DNA from: Draconibacterium sp.
Lineage (GTDB): Bacteria > Bacteroidota > Bacteroidia > Bacteroidales > Prolixibacteraceae
Direction: 5' to 3'
NCBI GenBank assembly: GCA_041737765.1
Contig: JBGSRA010000025.1
Location: 95,208-159,207 of the forward strand
Length of the DNA stretch: 64,000 bases
Shown here: one piece after another, positions 60,577 to 64,000 of the stretch
How the letters are laid out: the number at the start of each line of letters is the position of its first letter
Numbering within the stretch: the stretch's first letter is position 1
The notes under the pieces: model-generated
What the model saw: the letters and a program-made list of their open reading frames with translations, nothing else
Told to the model about the DNA's origin: nothing
Database searches by the model: none
Translations under genes and position numbers: made by a program

Positions 60577-62066
60577 AAGCAACAGCAAATCAGATTCTCA
60601 TAATTTTTGGCGCATCGGGCGATTTAACCAAACGAAAATTAATTCCTGCATTGTATGATTTGTTTATTCAGAAATTACTTCCCGAAAAATTTGCTGTATT
60701 GGGTGTATCACGTACTGTTTTGTCTGATAACGATTTCAGGAAAAGAGCGGGTGAGTTTCTGCCAGATGACGACAACGTTAAAACATTCAGCGAAATGTTG
60801 TTTTATCAACCGGTTTCAAACGACAAAGCCGCAGATTTTATCCCCTTAAAAAACAGGCTTCACGAAATTTCTGCCAACCTGCAAATTCCGGAAAATTATA
60901 TTTTTTATCTTTCAACTCCTCCTTCACTTTACAGTGTGATACCGCAGTTTTTGAACGAAAACGGGTTAAGTAAATCGGATAAACATTTCAGGCGGTTGAT
61001 TGTGGAAAAGCCATTCGGCACCGATTTGAATTCGGCAAAGCAATTAAATATCAGCCTGCTGAACTATTTCAACGAAGACCAGATCTATCGTATCGACCAT
61101 TATCTGGGTAAAGAAACTGTACAAAACATGTTGGTTATGCGCTTTTCGAATGGAATTTTCGAACCACTCTGGAACCATAATTATATTGAACGGGTTGAAA
61201 TTACATCGGCCGAAAGTCTGGGTGTTGAAGGCAGGGGTGGATATTACGATAATTCGGGCGCCCTGCGCGATATGCTTCAGAATCATTTAATGCAACTGGT
61301 AGGTTTTGTTGCGATGGAGCCACCAGTGGTAATTGAAGCCAACGCAATCAGAAACGAGATTACAAAAGTTTTTCAGTCGCTCCGCCCTTTTAAGGAGAAT
61401 ATGATTTCAAAGAATGTAATCCGCGGGCAATATACAGAGTCGGTGATAAAAGGCGAAAAGGTAATTGGTTACCGCGAAGAACCGGGAGTTGACCCGTATT
61501 CGCGCACAGAAACTTTTGTTGCGGTTAAAATTTTTGTCGATAACTGGCGGTGGGCCGGTGTTCCGTTTTACATTCGAACAGGGAAAAAACTACCAACACG
61601 GGTTACCGAAATTGTTATTCACTTTAAAAGCGTGCCTCATCATTTGTTTGGCACTTCTTCGACAGCCGCGAATAACCAACTCATTATCAGAATTCAGCCC
61701 GACGAAGGAATACTATTGAAGTTTGGCATGAAAACTCCGGGTGCCGGGTTCGATGTTCAAACAGTAAATATGGATTTTCATTATTCCGATTTGACCAACG
61801 TAAAAGTTCCATCGGCCTACGAACGACTGCTTCTCGATTGCATGCAGGGCGACGCCACATTGTATGCCCGTGGCGATGCTGTGGAACAGGCATGGGAATT
61901 CGTTCAGCCTATTATTAATGCATGGGAAACAAATCCCGAAATCCCTATTTACGGATATCCTGCAGGTACGTGGGGGCCTGAAAATTCAGACAATCTGATT
62001 AAAGGTGCAAACTGGCGTTTCCCTTGCAAAAACCTGGCAGATGACGGATTATACTGTGAACTGTAA
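60573..62066 (+). CDS. zwf: Glucose-6-phosphate dehydrogenase
   Basis: GASGDL, EKPFG and RIDHYLGKE motifs. Confidence 0.97.
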   Translation: MKATANQILIIFGASGDLTKRKLIPALYDLFIQKLLPEKFAVLGVSRTVLSDNDFRKRAGEFLPDDDNVKTFSEMLFYQPVSNDKAADFIPLKNRLHEISANLQIPENYIFYLSTPPSLYSVIPQFLNENGLSKSDKHFRRLIVEKPFGTDLNSAKQLNISLLNYFNEDQIYRIDHYLGKETVQNMLVMRFSNGIFEPLWNHNYIERVEITSAESLGVEGRGGYYDNSGALRDMLQNHLMQLVGFVAMEPPVVIEANAIRNEITKVFQSLRPFKENMISKNVIRGQYTESVIKGEKVIGYREEPGVDPYSRTETFVAVKIFVDNWRWAGVPFYIRTGKKLPTRVTEIVIHFKSVPHHLFGTSSTAANNQLIIRIQPDEGILLKFGMKTPGAGFDVQTVNMDFHYSDLTNVKVPSAYERLLLDCMQGDATLYARGDAVEQAWEFVQPIINAWETNPEIPIYGYPAGTWGPENSDNLIKGANWRFPCKNLADDGLYCEL

Positions 62067-62105
62067 CCCACTGGCAATTGTTATTATAAACAAAACTCAT
62101 TTTAT

Positions 62106-62837
62106 ATGGCAGTTTCAACAGAAGTAAAAATTTATGCCAATTCGAAAGATGTAGTGAAAGCTTTGGCCAAAGAAATTTATAAACTTACCAAATCGTCGGT
62201 TCAGGAACGATTTAATATTTTACTTTCAGGCGGAAATACCCCGACAGAACTATTTAAAAAAATAGCAAAAAAATACCCTGATTCAATTGAGTGGGAAAGG
62301 GTTCATTTTTGGTGGGGTGACGAACGATGTGTTTCTCCGCATAACGAAAAAAGCAATTTTAAACAGGCACAGGAATTCCTGCTTTCGCAGATTGCAATTC
62401 CCTCAGAAAATATCCATAGAATTAAAGGAGAAAATAATCCTGATGAAGAAGCAGTTAGATATGCCGCTGAAATAAAGGAGAATATCAATTTCAGGGGTGA
62501 AAATCCTGTGTTCGATCTTGTTTTGCTCGGATTGGGTGAAGACGGGCATACCGCTTCTATTTTTCCTGATGAGCTTGAACTGTTTGAAGATAAAAGAGTT
62601 TGTGCAGTTACAAAACACCCGTTAACTGGACAAAAAAGAATTACAATTACTGGAAAGGTTTTAAATAATGCCAATCGTGTGTTTTTTATGGTTACCGGCG
62701 CCGGCAAATCGCAACGAATTTCGGAAATTATGAACGACGATGAAGCAGCAAAACTACTTCCGGCATATTACATTTCTCCTGCCAATGGTGAATTAATCTG
62801 GTTTATCGACGAAGCAGCTGCACAAAAGATTCAGTGA
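62106..62837 (+). CDS. pgl: 6-phosphogluconolactonase
   Basis: LSGGNTP, WGDERCV and LGEDGHTAS motifs; follows zwf. Confidence 0.93.
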   Translation: MAVSTEVKIYANSKDVVKALAKEIYKLTKSSVQERFNILLSGGNTPTELFKKIAKKYPDSIEWERVHFWWGDERCVSPHNEKSNFKQAQEFLLSQIAIPSENIHRIKGENNPDEEAVRYAAEIKENINFRGENPVFDLVLLGLGEDGHTASIFPDELELFEDKRVCAVTKHPLTGQKRITITGKVLNNANRVFFMVTGAGKSQRISEIMNDDEAAKLLPAYYISPANGELIWFIDEAAAQKIQ

Positions 62838-62840
62838 AAA

Positions 62841-63203
62841 ATGTCGCCGATTGAGATCTTTATTCTCGAAAAACCTGAGAAACTAAGGCCCACATTAAAA
62901 AAGTTGCGTGGACTTATTTTATCGGCTTCCCCTTTTATCGAAGAAAAAATGGTTTACAACATTCCCTTTTTTTACGGCAAAAAGCGGATTTTCTATTTGA
63001 ATCCTCAGGAAACCTGGGTTGATTTGGGTTTTTGCGAAGGTTATTTGCTTTCAGATCATCCGGTTCTTCAAACCAAAAACAGAACACAGGTAAAAACAAT
63101 CAGGTTTAATAAAATCGAGGAAATCGAGGAAGATGTTCTTTTACCAATAATTCATGAAGCAATAATCATCGACGAGGTTAAGAACAGAAAAAAAATAAAA
63201 TAA
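62841..63203 (+). CDS. DUF1801 (YdhG-like) protein
   Basis: LRGLILSA..IEEKMVYNIPFF, DLGF and LPIIHEA motifs. Confidence 0.75.
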   Translation: MSPIEIFILEKPEKLRPTLKKLRGLILSASPFIEEKMVYNIPFFYGKKRIFYLNPQETWVDLGFCEGYLLSDHPVLQTKNRTQVKTIRFNKIEEIEEDVLLPIIHEAIIIDEVKNRKKIK

Positions 63204-63227
63204 AAAATGCAGTGAAAAGGCTGATTA

Positions 63228-64000
63228 TTAATTTACTGGTTTCATTTTCAAAACCTTTTCTCCAAACTTTATTGATTCTGAAAGTACCTGTTTGTAAGCA
63301 CCTGATATAATTTCGCTGGCAATAACATGATCACCAGCTTCAGGAAATGCAATTTTTACTTTTGATTCCGCCGGAGTCCCCAACTGATCGAACATTTCAA
63401 GTTCAGCGCTCACTTTCACAATTTCATCCTGGTGAGTTTTGTCTTTATAATAGTAACCCAGAAATACCGGCTCATTCACGTTTTTAAAAGTTTGTTTTGT
63501 CATAGTTTCCTCAACCAGTTGCTGGAGGAAAACTGTCGCTTCCACACGGTATTTGCAGTTCCAGTACTGACAAACTTTCGAATCGAAATCATCGTTTACT
63601 ATGCGGTGTGTTCCTCCAATAACCTTTCTTCCTATTTGCAAACCCCAGGGTTTTGAGAGTATAAATGCAGCATTATTATTTATTCTGATATTAGGCGAAT
63701 ACAAAATCAGTCCATCCACATATTCCGGAAAATCGGCAGCAAGTTTTAAAGCCAGTGTCCCCCCTGTTGAAGTGCTCATAATTATCACTTTTTTGCCAAG
63801 TGTGCGGGCAACCATTAACGCTTCTTTTGCCGATTCCCATAAACGTTCGGGAGTCATGTCAATCAGTGCATCTTCAGTTTCTATCCCGTGTGAAGCCAGA
63901 CGCGGAAAATAAGCATTGCAGCCAAAATATTTTGCAAACTCAACATTTGCAGGATAACCCTCATACCACGATGCCGAAAAACCATGCAAATACAAAAGCG
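63228..64000 (-). CDS. Alpha/beta hydrolase (partial, N-terminus beyond window)
   Basis: YLHGFSAS, STSTGG nucleophile elbow, DE and GDHV motifs. Confidence 0.85.
   Translation of the reverse strand, partial: LLYLHGFSASWYEGYPANVEFAKYFGCNAYFPRLASHGIETEDALIDMTPERLWESAKEALMVARTLGKKVIIMSTSTGGTLALKLAADFPEYVDGLILYSPNIRINNNAAFILSKPWGLQIGRKVIGGTHRIVNDDFDSKVCQYWNCKYRVEATVFLQQLVEETMTKQTFKNVNEPVFLGYYYKDKTHQDEIVKVSAELEMFDQLGTPAESKVKIAFPEAGDHVIASEIISGAYKQVLSESIKFGEKVLKMKPVN

Overview
AT-rich Bacteroidota chromosomal window. T9SS cargo, gldD/gldE and TAnnTTTG promoters support the phylum; a Prolixibacteraceae-like origin is inference. Most of it is housekeeping backbone: aguAB, ECF sigma cluster, purB, MsbA-like ABC transporter, DsbD, rne/rng, HU, mutY-ssb-gldE-gldD, zwf-pgl and two tRNAs. 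Four things stand out. (1) A ~10 kb element downstream of tRNA-Trp, bounded by a decayed copy of the tRNA's 3' half, carries only two very large uncharacterised beta-rich proteins (1760 and 1376 aa) and no integrase; this is the best candidate for an undescribed system. (2) A six-gene hydrogenase-4-like (Ehr) complex whose large subunit lacks the NiFe ligands and whose small subunit has lost 3 of 4 canonical Fe-S cysteines. (3) An apparent insertion hotspot at the 3' end of a DEAD-box helicase gene, where a ~125 bp duplication flanks a HEPN-MNT pair and is followed by a NACHT NTPase. (4) Two more solitary TA modules, composite REP-like intergenic elements and small ORFs missed by the ORF track, including ribosomal bS22. 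All calls come from reading motifs by eye; no database searches were run.
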